A stretch of 64,000 nt of DNA from Bacteroidota bacterium. GTDB lineage: Bacteria; Bacteroidota; Bacteroidia; JABEUT01. The translations under genes were made by a program, and so were the position numbers. The notes below the pieces were generated by a model. The model was given only the letters and a program-made list of their open reading frames with translations. It made no database searches and was not told the origin of the DNA. The DNA lies in NCBI GenBank assembly GCA_013288205.1, contig JABDCH010000001.1, forward strand, positions 3,480-67,479, read 5' to 3'. Shown piece after piece: positions 1 through 11,022 of this stretch (positions are counted from its first letter, which is position 1; every line of letters begins with the position of its first letter).

Positions 1-3000
1 TCGGTTACGGTAACCGTATATGTTGCCACAACCAAGTGTGTTACAGTAGCCTCAGTTTGCCCGCTGGGGCTCCATAAATAGGTATATGGAGGCAGCCCTC
101 CCGATGCTGTCGCCCTAAGGCTATCATTGCCATTGGGAAAGCAATTTATATTGGTGACTCCTTTAATAGTAGCCGATACAGCGCTGGGTTGGGTTATAGT
201 TACCGATACGCTTGTAGAGCAATCATGATTATCTGTTACAACAATACTATAGGTTCCTACCGCAAGATCGGTAGCATTTGCTCCAACTGCTGCGGAAGGG
301 GTCCAGGCGTATGTATATGCCGGTGTTCCTCCGTTGGCTATAACCGAAGCAGTTCCGGTAGGCATATTACAAAAGGCGCGGGTAGAAGTAACCGTAGCTG
401 AAAGCACTACAGGCTGCGTGATGGTTACACTGCTTGTAGCCGTACATCCATGCAGGTCGGCCACACCTACGGAATAGGTTCCTACGCTTAGGTTCGATAC
501 CTTTTGGGTTGTTGCTCCGCCCGGTGCCCATACATAGGTGTATGGACTTGTTCCACCTACAGCACTATCTATTACAATGGCATTCTTGCCTCCGTTGCAC
601 GATACATTCATTAACGCATAAGCAGGTACATTCAACACCATTGGCTGTGTTACAGTAACCGCTGCCGATACAGATGCTCCGCAGTTATCAGTTAAGGTAA
701 TTGTATAAATTCCCGCTGTTAACCCGGTGGCTGCATTTGTACTGCCACCAATCGGGCTCCACAGGTAAGTATATGGGCCCGTTCCCGAACTGGCTACTGC
801 ACTGGTTGCTCCGCCATTGCCTCCATTACATGCTACATTCTTTGTTACGCTTGGCGTTACGGCTAACGCTACAGGTTGCGTTACTGTAACGGCTGCCGAG
901 GCCGTACAACCCTGGTAATCTGTTACCGTTATAGTATATGTACCGGCTGTTAATCCTGTGGCAGTTGAATTGGTTCCACCCGATGGCATCCATGAATACG
1001 TGTATGGGCTGGTACCTCCGCCTGGCGTTGAGGAAGTAGCGCCAGTATTGCCTCCGTGGCATATTAAATTGCTTGTTACACTTGCAGCTACGGTCAGCGT
1101 TGTTGGTTGGGTAACTAATGTGCTCGCTGAAGCACTGCAACCATGTTGGTCGATAATAGTCAGCGTATAAGTTCCTGCGGTAAGTCCTGTGGCAGTATCC
1201 ATAGTGCCGGCTGCCGGTGTCCATGTATAGTTATACGGACCTGTTCCACCTGTGGTTGTTTGTCCGGCGCTTCCGTTGCTCTGTCCGTTGCACAGTACGT
1301 TCGCCGTGGTAAACGGATTTACTGTTAATACATTCGGTTGCGTAATCACCGCTGATGCTGTAGCAGAACATCCGTGTGCATCTTGCACGCTTACGGTATA
1401 GGAACCTACCGAAAGTCCTGTTCCGGTGGCGCTTGTTCCACCCGATGGAGCCCATGAGTATCCATACGGACCTACTCCGCCGCCGGCTGTAACGGTAGAG
1501 CTACCTACTCCGCCATTGCATAATATATTGTTTGTTGCACTAATGGTAGCTGTTAATAAAGTCGGCTGAGTGATAAGCGCACTAGCTGTCGCAGTACATC
1601 CATTGGTATCGGATACCGTTACCGTGTAGCTTCCAGCCGTTAAACCGGATGCCGAAACCAAGGTTCCGCCTGATGGGGCCCATGAATAGGTATATGGAGA
1701 AGCTCCCCCGCCGGGGGTAACTTTAGCTGCACCGTTATTGCCTCCAAAACAGTTGACAGGCGTAATAGCCCCCATAGTAGCAGTTACCACCGGGGGCTGG
1801 GTTATCTTTACTGAAGAGGTGACTGTGCAATGGTTTTGATCGGTTACGGTTACCGTATATGTACCCACACTCAAACCCGTAGCTTTTACAGTAGTTTCAG
1901 CCGAAGGTGTCCAGGCATAAGCATATTGAGTTACCCCTCCGGTTGCTGAAACAGTTGCTGTTCCGCTATTATTTCCGCACGTAGCCGGATAATCGCTGAT
2001 GGTAGCAGCTAACTTGTTAGGTTGGGTTATTACAACTGTTGCCGTAACGCTACACGCATTGGTATCGGACACGGTTACCGTATATGTCCCTGCTGAAAGC
2101 CCCGTTGCAGTTGCGCCCTTTCCACCGGTAGGTGTCCACGCATAGGTATAAGCGCCCCATCCATTTGCAGGCCTGGTTATAGCTGAACCCACACCTCCAT
2201 AACATGCAATATTTGAAACAATGGAGGCCGTAGTACTAATCGTATCCCTATTTTTAACTATATACGTAAGTGTATCTTTACACAAGGAGCCTGTTACTGG
2301 GGTAATAATTAGTTTATATGTTCCAAAACTATCTACACTCACATTCTGCAAGGTATCGTTTCCTACAATGCCCCCTTTGGGACCCGACCAGGCATAGGCT
2401 TTTTCGCCTGCAGGCCCGTATAGTGAAATAACCCCATTTTTGCCACATATAACCCCGTCGGGCGAATTGGCCGAAATGGCAAATTCAGAGCAGGATGCAT
2501 CTACATAAGCATATCCGAAGTGTCCGCCAAGTTCGCAATCGGAAACCTCAAACTGGATGGTTACACATTGCCCCACATAAGAAGTAAGAGGCACGTTAAC
2601 CTGGGTCCAGTTTCTCCAATATATGGTATCTTTATTGGCCTTATCATAAAAACCCTTAAATCCTGATAATCCCGGTCCGGAATAAACAGAATATTGACCG
2701 CAGTTTTTAATTGTATCCCCGTTTTGGTCGAATACAGTTACACTGAAAAAAGGTTGCTGGTAATAGGAATGGGTAGGGTTTTCAAGCAAAACAGAATAAG
2801 CGTATGTAATACTGTTGGTAGTGGGGGTAACCATGAATTCCTGGGCCAGTATAGCCACCTGCCCTTGATAGGGAGTACTGACTTTTGTACTATCTCCAAT
2901 CATCACCGAATTTCCTGTTCCCCAGGGTGATCCTTGCGACATAGTAGTTTTAAAAGTATTATAAAGGAGCCAGTCATTATTGGCTTTTGAAGTAAGTTTA

Positions 3001-3587
3001 ATCTGGTATGTTTTAGTATTTGCATCATTCGCCCCTTTTGTTACAGCACCTATGTAGCCTCCGTTAACACCGGTAATTCTATAAGCGGTCGTACTGGCAT
3101 TATTGGTTGCATAATAACCATACCAGTCACTAAGGTCGCCATTAGAAAAATCCATATTACTGCATGCCGGATTACAACTTGGAGGAGTATACGAAGGGGT
3201 TAGCTTAGGAGTTTGATACTTATTTTTTACTTTGATAAAATTATTGTATAGGGCCAGCAGCTTTTGCTTTTGGCTATTCATATACGCACCTGTGCCGGAA
3301 AGATTAGCCGTTCCGGCTTGTGTTTTGTTATACAATGCTAAACGGGCAGAATCAATAACAGGCTGGTAAAAATTAAGAAACGCCGCGAATTCTTTATCGT
3401 TTGCCTTTACCTGTTGTTGCAGCTCATCTAAAGTTGCATTCCACTGAATAGATAATTTTTCACTGCCATCGGTATCAGCTAAGGCCGAATACTGTGACCC
3501 ATGGGTATATACAGGAAAGTGAGTTTGCGCACTAAGGCCTAATGAAAAGAAGAATATTAAAACTATAACAGGTAATTTCCTTTGCAT
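1..3587 (-). CDS. SprB-repeat/PKD cell-surface adhesin paralog, N-terminal ~1195 aa only (3' end runs off the window edge)
   Basis: Open minus-strand frame from the ATG at 3585-3587 to position 1. The N-terminus MQRKLPVIVLIFFFSLGLSAQTHFPVYTHGSQYSALADTDGSEKLSIQWNATLDELQQQV closely parallels gene 3960-7943. SprB-type repeats (C..G..G....GG..PY.Y.W......T.L..G.Y.V.V.D..GC) are visible throughout. Confidence 0.8.
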   Translation of the reverse strand, partial: MQRKLPVIVLIFFFSLGLSAQTHFPVYTHGSQYSALADTDGSEKLSIQWNATLDELQQQVKANDKEFAAFLNFYQPVIDSARLALYNKTQAGTANLSGTGAYMNSQKQKLLALYNNFIKVKNKYQTPKLTPSYTPPSCNPACSNMDFSNGDLSDWYGYYATNNASTTAYRITGVNGGYIGAVTKGANDANTKTYQIKLTSKANNDWLLYNTFKTTMSQGSPWGTGNSVMIGDSTKVSTPYQGQVAILAQEFMVTPTTNSITYAYSVLLENPTHSYYQQPFFSVTVFDQNGDTIKNCGQYSVYSGPGLSGFKGFYDKANKDTIYWRNWTQVNVPLTSYVGQCVTIQFEVSDCELGGHFGYAYVDASCSEFAISANSPDGVICGKNGVISLYGPAGEKAYAWSGPKGGIVGNDTLQNVSVDSFGTYKLIITPVTGSLCKDTLTYIVKNRDTISTTASIVSNIACYGGVGSAITRPANGWGAYTYAWTPTGGKGATATGLSAGTYTVTVSDTNACSVTATVVITQPNKLAATISDYPATCGNNSGTATVSATGGVTQYAYAWTPSAETTVKATGLSVGTYTVTVTDQNHCTVTSSVKITQPPVVTATMGAITPVNCFGGNNGAAKVTPGGGASPYTYSWAPSGGTLVSASGLTAGSYTVTVSDTNGCTATASALITQPTLLTATISATNNILCNGGVGSSTVTAGGGVGPYGYSWAPSGGTSATGTGLSVGSYTVSVQDAHGCSATASAVITQPNVLTVNPFTTANVLCNGQSNGSAGQTTTGGTGPYNYTWTPAAGTMDTATGLTAGTYTLTIIDQHGCSASASTLVTQPTTLTVAASVTSNLICHGGNTGATSSTPGGGTSPYTYSWMPSGGTNSTATGLTAGTYTITVTDYQGCTASAAVTVTQPVALAVTPSVTKNVACNGGNGGATSAVASSGTGPYTYLWSPIGGSTNAATGLTAGIYTITLTDNCGASVSAAVTVTQPMVLNVPAYALMNVSCNGGKNAIVIDSAVGGTSPYTYVWAPGGATTQKVSNLSVGTYSVGVADLHGCTATSSVTITQPVVLSATVTSTRAFCNMPTGTASVIANGGTPAYTYAWTPSAAVGANATDLAVGTYSIVVTDNHDCSTSVSVTITQPSAVSATIKGVTNINCFPNGNDSLRATASGGLPPYTYLWSPSGQTEATVTHLVVATYTVTVT

Positions 3588-3959
3588 TTTAAAAGATGAG
3601 GTAGGTTACAGGGGCCCATTATTTATTCCAATAAAACAGGAAAGCGCCGCAATATAACAAACTTTATTATACATATACAAGCTTCAGCCTATTTATTTTT
3701 AAACAGTTATAAAGACATCCTCCTATTTTGCAGCTGATATATCAATAATGCTATATTTAAATAACTGATGTTACGTTTCAGTAATTTATTTTCCATCTAT
3801 ATTCATTTATAATTCGGCACTCATTTTTGCAAGCGAAAGCTCCCCTGTAAATGGGGGGTATCAATCTCCAAAAAGCCATAAGAGCAGCGAGGTATTATTT
3901 TAATATAATCGCCAATGAGATATAATAATTAATGAAATGTAAAAGGCTTAAGAATCCTC

Positions 3960-6900
3960 CTATTTCAGAAGATTCACGTTACCAATATAGGTATGGTAAT
4001 TATCGGTCGCATCAGTTACGGTTATCTTATATACATATACATCTTCCTGGCAAATGGCCCCTACTCCATGAACAGCTCCATTCCAGCCATTATCTAAATT
4101 ATTGGTATGATATATTTCCGCACCCCACCTATCGAATATATACATATCAAAATACCTGATATATCTACCTACCGGTTTAAAAGTCTCATTCAAACCATCT
4201 CCATTTGGCGTAAATGCCGAAGGAATATAGAGCGAATAGTCAGGGCCTATAATTACACAATCGGTAGTAGTATCCGTACACCCGGCATTATCCATCACAA
4301 TCAAATTGGCGCAGAAGGTTCCGGTATCATTGTATGTATGCACAGGATTTCGGATGTTACTGGAAGAATCACTATTATCGCCGAAAGTCCACCACCAGTA
4401 AGCTATCCCCTCGTTGTAATCGCGGCTTTCATCCGTAAATTGAAGGGTAGGAGTCAGAATACTGACAGGCTGCGGCGAATAGGTGAAAGCCGCTATGGGC
4501 CTGCTATGCATGGTTATCATATCTACTTTGGTAAGTGAAGCGCTACACCCCGCGCTATCGGATATAGCTGTGAGCGTTACACTATATTTCCCACTCCGGG
4601 GATAACAATAAATAGCTCCAGCCCCTCTTAGTGTATCTCCATTTCCAAACATCCAAATATATTGCTGTATCTTACCCCGCGATATAGTAACATCACTCCA
4701 AAATTGTATACACAACGGAGCACACCCTTGTGAAAGGGAACTGATAAAATTTACCACAGGTGTAGGAGTAGCATAAACGGTTGCAGAAGCAGTGGCCGTT
4801 GCACCGCAGTAATCTTGTACCGACACGGTGTATAAGGTTTTTGATGCCGGAGCTACTTTTATACAACTATTGGTGTTGCTTATGGGACCCCATTCGTAAA
4901 CGTTTCCTCCAGTTCCGCCCGTAGCAACCGCACATAAAGTAGTTGTATCGCCCTGGCATATAGCAGTCAGCCCCTGTATTGCCAATGATAAAGGGGGGCC
5001 ATATTCCAGGGTAATCTGGCCTTTTCCGGTGCAGCCCTTGCTATCGATAACAGATAAGGAGTACGTTCGCGTTGCTATGGGTGTTATAGTTATGGTGCTA
5101 AGAGTAGAACCTGTACTCCAGGAATAGTTGTAAGGTGGGTTTCCGCCTGACACATACCCCAACAAGTTACCTGTGCTGTCCTTACATATAGTTCTTGGTT
5201 CCCCTATCGAAACTTGTACCTCGGGAGGCTGCGGAACAGTAACAGAAATATTAGCAGCACAACCATCGGCATCGGTCATCGTTACCGTATAGGTCAATGC
5301 AAATAAACCCGATACTGAAGAAGTGGTTTGTCCGCCCGGAGTCCATAAATATGTATAAGGAGGCAAGCCATTGACGGCTGTTACTGAAGCAGCGCCATCA
5401 CTCCCGTCAAAACAGGTTACGTTTTTATTTATGGTAGCGTTTCCAGTAATGTGTATAGGTTGTGTTATACTTACCGAAGCACTCGCGGTACAATGGTTAT
5501 TATCGGTTACGTTTACGAAATAAGTTCCAACAGCAAGGCCGGTGGCGGTTACATTCTTCTGATTCGAAGCGCTCCAAACATAGGCATACGGGCTTGTACC
5601 CCCGCTTACTGAAGCTGTAGCTGTTCCTGTAGGAAGGTTACAGTAAGCATGTGTGAAACTGGTGGTTGCTGTTAATAGTGCAGGTTGGGTGATGTTCACG
5701 CCGGCTGTTGCCGCACAGCCCTTGTTATCAATAACACCTATAGTATAAGAGCCCGCTGAAAGCCCTGTTCCGGTAGCACCTTTTCCGCCGACAGGAGTCC
5801 ACAGGTATGTATAAGGACTTGTTCCTCCCGTAATCGTTGCAGTGGCGTTACTCACTCCGCCATAACATGGTACGTTGTTGATTGTATTAATGGTGGCTGT
5901 TAAAAGAGAAGATTGACTAACCACGGCTTTAGCGGTTGAAGCGCATCCGTTGTTGTCGGTTACAGTTACAGTATAATTTCCGGCGGTCAATCCGGTGGCG
6001 GTATTACCCGTACCTCCATTTGGAGCCCATGAATAAACATATGGAGAAGGCCCCCCGGTTGCTGAAGCCGATGCGGCTCCGTCGTTCCTGCCAAAGCACG
6101 ATACAGGCGTTATGGAGGTAATACTAGCTACTACAAAAGGAGGCTGAGTAATGGTAACGGATGAAGTTACGGTGCAATTATTTTTGTCGGTTACGGTTAC
6201 CGTGTACGCTCCGGCAAGTAAACCGGTAGCCAAAGCAGTGGTTTCGTTGGAGGGTTTCCAGGAATAAGTATAAGCAGGAACCCCTCCGCCTACTATAACA
6301 GTGGCCGTTCCATTATTATACCCACAGGAAGCGCCTGTAAAATTGCCGGAAGCTGTAAGCGTGGCAGGTTGAGTGAGTACAACCACTGCGCTCACAGGGC
6401 AGGCATTGGCATCCGTTATTGTCACAGTATACGTTCCTGCTGAAAGTCCGGTAGCTAAAGAAGTTTTTTCACCGGAAGGGGTCCAGGCGTAGGTGTATGT
6501 CGGGGTCCCATTTACAACGCCGGCCAATACAGATCCGGTTTGACCGTTACAGGCAATATTTGAAACCACAGCAGGAGTATTCATCTTGATGCTGTCTCTA
6601 CTCTTTACCGTATAAAAAAGCGTATCCTTACATAAAGATCCCGTAACAGGTGTAATTACCAATTTATATTTACCCAGGCTGTCTACATTCACAGTTTGCA
6701 GCGTGTCATTCCCGATAATGCCTCCCTTAGGTCCTGACCATAGATAAGCTTTTTCACCCACAGGCCCGGTAAGTGTCAGGTAGCCATTTTTGCCACAAAT
6801 AACACCGGGGGTATTAGCCGTAATAGCAAATTCCGAACAAGAAGCATCTACATAAGCATACCCGAAGTGGCCGCCCGGCTCGCAATCGGAAACTTCAAAC

Positions 6901-7943
6901 TGAATAGTTACACATTGTCCTACATAAGAAGTAAGAGGCACATTAACCTGTGTCCAGTTTCTCCAATAAACGGTATCGGGTCCATCTATTCCTGCCGGAT
7001 TCAAATACCCGGTAAATCCGGGTAGCCCCGGCCCGGAATAAACAGAATATTCACCACAGTTTTTAATGGTATCTCCATTTTGATCGAATACTGTAACGCT
7101 GAAAAAAGGTTGCTGATAATACGGATGTCCTGGATTTTCCAGCAAAACAGAATAGGCATACGTTATACTGTTGGTGGTTGGTGTAACCTGGAACTCCTGG
7201 CTAAGTATAGCTACTTGCCCATCACTTGGGTAACTGTAGTTTACACTGTCTCCAATCATGGCCGAATACCCGTTCCCCCAGGGCGATGCCTGCGACATTT
7301 GAATACCGTAATAATTCAAAAGAAACCAGTCGTAGTTAGCCTTTGAGGTAAGATGAACCTGGTAAGTCCCCACATTCGGATCGTACGCTCCCTGCACTAC
7401 AGCCCCGAGTGGTCCCCCATTTACATTAATAATACTATATGTCCTGGTACTTGCATTATTGGTTGCATAGTAACCATACCAATAATCCAGGTTTCCGCTT
7501 GAAAAATCCATATTACTGCATGACGGATTACACGATGGAGGTATATATGAAGGAGCAAGCGCGGGAGCCTGGTAATTATTTTTTAGTTGGGTAAAATTAT
7601 TGTATAATATTAACAATTTTTGCTTTTGGCTGTTTATATAGTTAGCCAGGATAGATTGATTTGCTCTTCCTTTATGCGTTTCCACGTATAAATCTAAAAA
7701 AGCTGAATCAATAGAGAGTTTATAAAAGCTAAGAAAGATGGCAAAATCTTTATCACCAGCATTTACTTGCTGTTTCAGCTCATCTAAAGTCTTATACCAT
7801 TGAGATTTTAGCTTTTCGCTGCTACTGGTATCAGCTAAAGCCGAATATTGAGCGGCAGGATTGTATACGGGAAAATGACTTTGTGCAGCGAGTCCTAATG
7901 AACCAAATGTTACCAAGACTACGACAGCTAATTTCCTGCGCAT
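3960..7943 (-). CDS. Giant cell-surface adhesin (1327 aa): signal peptide, unknown Cys-bracketed N-terminal domain, ~8 SprB repeats, PKD domain, gliding-motility-associated (T9SS type B) C-terminal domain
   Basis: Full 1327-aa ORF. Signal peptide MRRKLAVVVLVTFGSLGLAAQS. Repeated CxGxxDGxAxx...GGxxPYxYxWxP...TGLxAGxYTVTVTDxNGC units. C-terminal motifs WTFGDNSDSS (PKD-like) and YIPSAFTPNGDGLNETFKPVG...FDRWGAEIYHT (TIGR04131-like type-B domain). Confidence 0.9.
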   Translation of the reverse strand: MRRKLAVVVLVTFGSLGLAAQSHFPVYNPAAQYSALADTSSSEKLKSQWYKTLDELKQQVNAGDKDFAIFLSFYKLSIDSAFLDLYVETHKGRANQSILANYINSQKQKLLILYNNFTQLKNNYQAPALAPSYIPPSCNPSCSNMDFSSGNLDYWYGYYATNNASTRTYSIINVNGGPLGAVVQGAYDPNVGTYQVHLTSKANYDWFLLNYYGIQMSQASPWGNGYSAMIGDSVNYSYPSDGQVAILSQEFQVTPTTNSITYAYSVLLENPGHPYYQQPFFSVTVFDQNGDTIKNCGEYSVYSGPGLPGFTGYLNPAGIDGPDTVYWRNWTQVNVPLTSYVGQCVTIQFEVSDCEPGGHFGYAYVDASCSEFAITANTPGVICGKNGYLTLTGPVGEKAYLWSGPKGGIIGNDTLQTVNVDSLGKYKLVITPVTGSLCKDTLFYTVKSRDSIKMNTPAVVSNIACNGQTGSVLAGVVNGTPTYTYAWTPSGEKTSLATGLSAGTYTVTITDANACPVSAVVVLTQPATLTASGNFTGASCGYNNGTATVIVGGGVPAYTYSWKPSNETTALATGLLAGAYTVTVTDKNNCTVTSSVTITQPPFVVASITSITPVSCFGRNDGAASASATGGPSPYVYSWAPNGGTGNTATGLTAGNYTVTVTDNNGCASTAKAVVSQSSLLTATINTINNVPCYGGVSNATATITGGTSPYTYLWTPVGGKGATGTGLSAGSYTIGVIDNKGCAATAGVNITQPALLTATTSFTHAYCNLPTGTATASVSGGTSPYAYVWSASNQKNVTATGLAVGTYFVNVTDNNHCTASASVSITQPIHITGNATINKNVTCFDGSDGAASVTAVNGLPPYTYLWTPGGQTTSSVSGLFALTYTVTMTDADGCAANISVTVPQPPEVQVSIGEPRTICKDSTGNLLGYVSGGNPPYNYSWSTGSTLSTITITPIATRTYSLSVIDSKGCTGKGQITLEYGPPLSLAIQGLTAICQGDTTTLCAVATGGTGGNVYEWGPISNTNSCIKVAPASKTLYTVSVQDYCGATATASATVYATPTPVVNFISSLSQGCAPLCIQFWSDVTISRGKIQQYIWMFGNGDTLRGAGAIYCYPRSGKYSVTLTAISDSAGCSASLTKVDMITMHSRPIAAFTYSPQPVSILTPTLQFTDESRDYNEGIAYWWWTFGDNSDSSSNIRNPVHTYNDTGTFCANLIVMDNAGCTDTTTDCVIIGPDYSLYIPSAFTPNGDGLNETFKPVGRYIRYFDMYIFDRWGAEIYHTNNLDNGWNGAVHGVGAICQEDVYVYKITVTDATDNYHTYIGNVNLLK

Positions 7944-8359
7944 TTTAATAGGTTTGGTAAGTTACATATGCCCATTATTCTTTTCTATTAAAACAGGAAA
8001 ACGTTGCAATGTACTAAATTTTATTTATTATACATAAGATTTATCCCATTTATTCAATCACTCGCTGTAAATATTTAATCACCCGAAATGAATATTCTTT
8101 TACGCAGTGTTGAACTGGATCACAGTCAATTACATGTTGCGATCAACGCCACAAAATAACAACTCTTAACCAGATAGTTATGCGATAAAAAAATATTTGC
8201 ATCGTGCAAATTTATAGCAGAAACTAAAGTATAATACGTAAAAAATGGTGATTTCGTTGGGTGATTACTAAATTTCTGCCGATATTTGTTCGGGGCTGTA
8301 AGTAAAAAACTTTTGCCCGAATTGAGGCTTGTTGTAATTTCCGTATTTGATCATACCAG

Positions 8360-10804
8360 ATGAAAGGCATGTTATTCTTCAGTTGGTTAAAAAACATTTC
8401 GCTTACTAAAAAGCTCTATTTCGTGCTTAGCATTATGGCGTTGCTAATCGCTGTGGAATTGTTCACCCTTTCCTTCATGGTACATACCTTATCATCTACC
8501 CGGGCGCTGGTAGGTGCTGAAGGCTCGTGGTCGAAAGCTGAAAAAGATGCGGTGTACAGCTTAACTAAGTATGGGTACACGCACAATGAAAAAGATTTTC
8601 AACGCTATCTTAAGGCACTGGAAGTTCCGCTGGGCGACCGTAAAGCGCGGCTTCAACTGCTGAAACCTAATCCGGATATTGACTCAGTTTGGGCAGGGTT
8701 TATGCAAGGGAAACTTGACCCGGACGATATTGAAGGTACCATACGCCTCTTAACCCGTTTCCATAATGTTTCCTATATACACAGGGCCATTACTATTTGG
8801 ACACAAGGCGATTATTATATAGATATGTTGCTATACCTGGGCGATCGCCTGCATACACAGGTAACAAACGGAAAATCATCTGAAGCGGAAATCAGTCAAA
8901 CCCAGGATCAGATTTACGAGTTAGATGAGATGATTTCTATCCTCGAAAATAACTTCTCATCTACCCTGGGCCAAGGTTCGCGTTGGATTGAACACCTGGT
9001 TATAAAAATACTTTTTTCCATTGCAATTACCGTAGAGTTTACCGGCCTGTTTCTTACCATATCCGTAACCCGTACAATATCGCGCGGTATCAGGGACATT
9101 GTAAGGGTAGCCCGAACCGTTGCCAAAGCCAATTTTACAAGACGCGCCAGGATATATTCAAACGACGAAATCGGACAACTGGCGGGTTCTTTCAACCAAA
9201 TGATTGATGACCTGCAGCAAAAAATTGCGGAAGAAGCAAAAGCGGAGGATGCCTTGCTGAACCAGAAAAACCTTTATGAAACGCTGCTTACAACGGAAAG
9301 CGAAATGGGCGAAGGCGTATCAATTACAGAAGGCGAAAAAATTGTGTATGTAAACGATGCCGTATGCAACATATATGGATATAGCCGGGAAGAAATACTC
9401 GCACTCCCATCATTTTTAAATATTGTGCACGAGGATGAAAAGCCCTTGCTGATTGAAAAATTACAGCGGCGGGTAGATGGAACAACTGTACAAAGTTCGG
9501 GTGAAACAAGGATTATACGGAAAGACAAAAGAGTGGTTAACCTGGAATACACTGTCCGCAACATACAGATTGATGGGCATCTGAGGATGTTGTCGCTGAT
9601 ACGCGACGTTACAGAAGAAAAACAAAAGGAAAAGATGTTTCGCCAGGAAAGAGATCGTGCCGAAAGCGCTGAAATTGCGCGGAAGGTGAGTGAACAATTC
9701 CTGGCTAACATGAGCCATGAAATACGCACACCAATGAATGCTGTACTTGGGTTTACTGACCTGATGATGAAAACCCCGCTCACTGGTGAACAGTACCGCT
9801 ACCTGGAAGCCATTAAAACGTCGGGCGATAATTTATTGGTCATCATCAATGATATCCTTGACTTTTCGCGCATGCGTTCGGGTAAAATACCCATTGTCAA
9901 TACCGGGTTCAAGCTATCGCGGATCGTTTCGATGGTCATAGATTTAATGCAGCCGAGGGCATTGAAAAAAGAAATTACCTTATCGGCCCATATCGACTTC
10001 AATGTACCCAACAGGTTAATCGGCGATGCAACCCGATTAAACCAGGTACTGCTCAATCTTACAGCCAATGCAGTTAAATTCACATCGAAAGGAGGCGTAA
10101 CCATTAACGTAAAACTATTATCGGAATACGATGAGGAAGCAGAACTCGAATTTATAGTGGAAGATACTGGTATCGGCATTCCTAAAAATAAACTCGATAC
10201 CATATTTGAAGCTTTTACACAAGCTGAGAATAATACATCCAGAAGATATGGAGGAACCGGCCTGGGTCTTTCTATTGTAAAAGAACTGGCCGGCCTGCAG
10301 GACGGAAGCGTTTGGGTGGATAGCGAAGAAGGCAAAGGATCGCGCTTCCATTTCCGGATTAAATATAAGAAGGATACTTCACTTGCTTCTTACAAAGAAG
10401 ATAAGGCGGTTATTCCTAAAAAAAGCACTGTAAAACATAGTGTTCTATTGGTAGAAGACAACGACATGAACCAGTTGCTGGCGCACAAAGTACTGAGCGA
10501 TTGGGGCTGGGATATTGATATTGCTGAAAATGGCATAGAAGCGCTTAGGAAACTAAAAGAGAAAGATTTTGATATTATCCTGATGGATATTCAAATGCCG
10601 GAGATGGATGGGTATGAAGCCACGCGCCAGATACGCCACCACCTGCCTCCACCTAAAAGCAACACCCCCATTATGGCCATGACGGCCCACGTACTGCCCA
10701 GCGAAGAAGAAAAATGTAACGAGGCCGGAATGAACGGATATATCGCCAAGCCTTTCAACCCGGATGTTTTATATGCTAAAATTGCCGCTATTTTAGATAA
10801 GTAG
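8360..10804 (+). CDS. Hybrid sensor histidine kinase/response regulator (2 TM periplasmic sensor, HAMP, PAS, HisKA, HATPase, C-terminal receiver)
   Basis: H-box MSHEIRTPMNAVLGFTDLM. ATPase G-boxes EDTGIGIP and GGTGLGLSIV. Receiver motif VLLVEDNDMNQLL...ILMDIQMPEMDGYEA. N-terminal hydrophobic segments flank a ~170-aa loop. Confidence 0.9.
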   Translation: MKGMLFFSWLKNISLTKKLYFVLSIMALLIAVELFTLSFMVHTLSSTRALVGAEGSWSKAEKDAVYSLTKYGYTHNEKDFQRYLKALEVPLGDRKARLQLLKPNPDIDSVWAGFMQGKLDPDDIEGTIRLLTRFHNVSYIHRAITIWTQGDYYIDMLLYLGDRLHTQVTNGKSSEAEISQTQDQIYELDEMISILENNFSSTLGQGSRWIEHLVIKILFSIAITVEFTGLFLTISVTRTISRGIRDIVRVARTVAKANFTRRARIYSNDEIGQLAGSFNQMIDDLQQKIAEEAKAEDALLNQKNLYETLLTTESEMGEGVSITEGEKIVYVNDAVCNIYGYSREEILALPSFLNIVHEDEKPLLIEKLQRRVDGTTVQSSGETRIIRKDKRVVNLEYTVRNIQIDGHLRMLSLIRDVTEEKQKEKMFRQERDRAESAEIARKVSEQFLANMSHEIRTPMNAVLGFTDLMMKTPLTGEQYRYLEAIKTSGDNLLVIINDILDFSRMRSGKIPIVNTGFKLSRIVSMVIDLMQPRALKKEITLSAHIDFNVPNRLIGDATRLNQVLLNLTANAVKFTSKGGVTINVKLLSEYDEEAELEFIVEDTGIGIPKNKLDTIFEAFTQAENNTSRRYGGTGLGLSIVKELAGLQDGSVWVDSEEGKGSRFHFRIKYKKDTSLASYKEDKAVIPKKSTVKHSVLLVEDNDMNQLLAHKVLSDWGWDIDIAENGIEALRKLKEKDFDIILMDIQMPEMDGYEATRQIRHHLPPPKSNTPIMAMTAHVLPSEEEKCNEAGMNGYIAKPFNPDVLYAKIAAILDK

Positions 10805-11022
10805 GTTGGCTATAGCTGAGCCCAACATATTTTACCCTTTCATTTAGCCGGTTCATCGAAAAAGATGAGCAAAGCTTTTTACTGAACCTATTTTTGTAAT
10901 GAAACCTTAATAGAGAAAATAAAACAAAGGGATGCGTAAAACTTACAATATTCTTATATCAAAGTGTAATTTCCGGATACGTAGTTATATCGATTTTTGT
11001 TTAAACTGATTTATAAAATATT

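Noticed and set aside
4107-4538. Plus-strand 143-aa ORF. Similar antisense ORFs lie inside other large genes (5936-6121, 7080-7346, 9274-9783, 9799-10335, 12700-13146, 20439-20885, 21397-21792, 35300-35656, 36092-36700, 37158-37559, 40749-41189, 41960-42322, 50107-50628, 50818-51141).
   Set aside because: These lie entirely within, and antisense to, well-supported long genes. They have low-complexity or Arg/Cys-rich translations typical of shadow ORFs.
1-7943. Highly regular ~80-codon periodic repeats in the giant minus-strand genes. These might be mistaken for a CRISPR array or satellite.
   Set aside because: The repeats are in-frame protein-coding SprB repeats with conserved Cys/Gly/Pro/Tyr positions inside long ORFs. 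They lack the short identical direct repeats and unique spacers of CRISPR.
10805-10840. Hairpin gttggctatagctgagcccaac after the sensor-kinase stop, considered as a terminator.
   Set aside because: The stem is only ~5 bp with a 12-nt loop and a weak T-tract. Not convincing enough to list.
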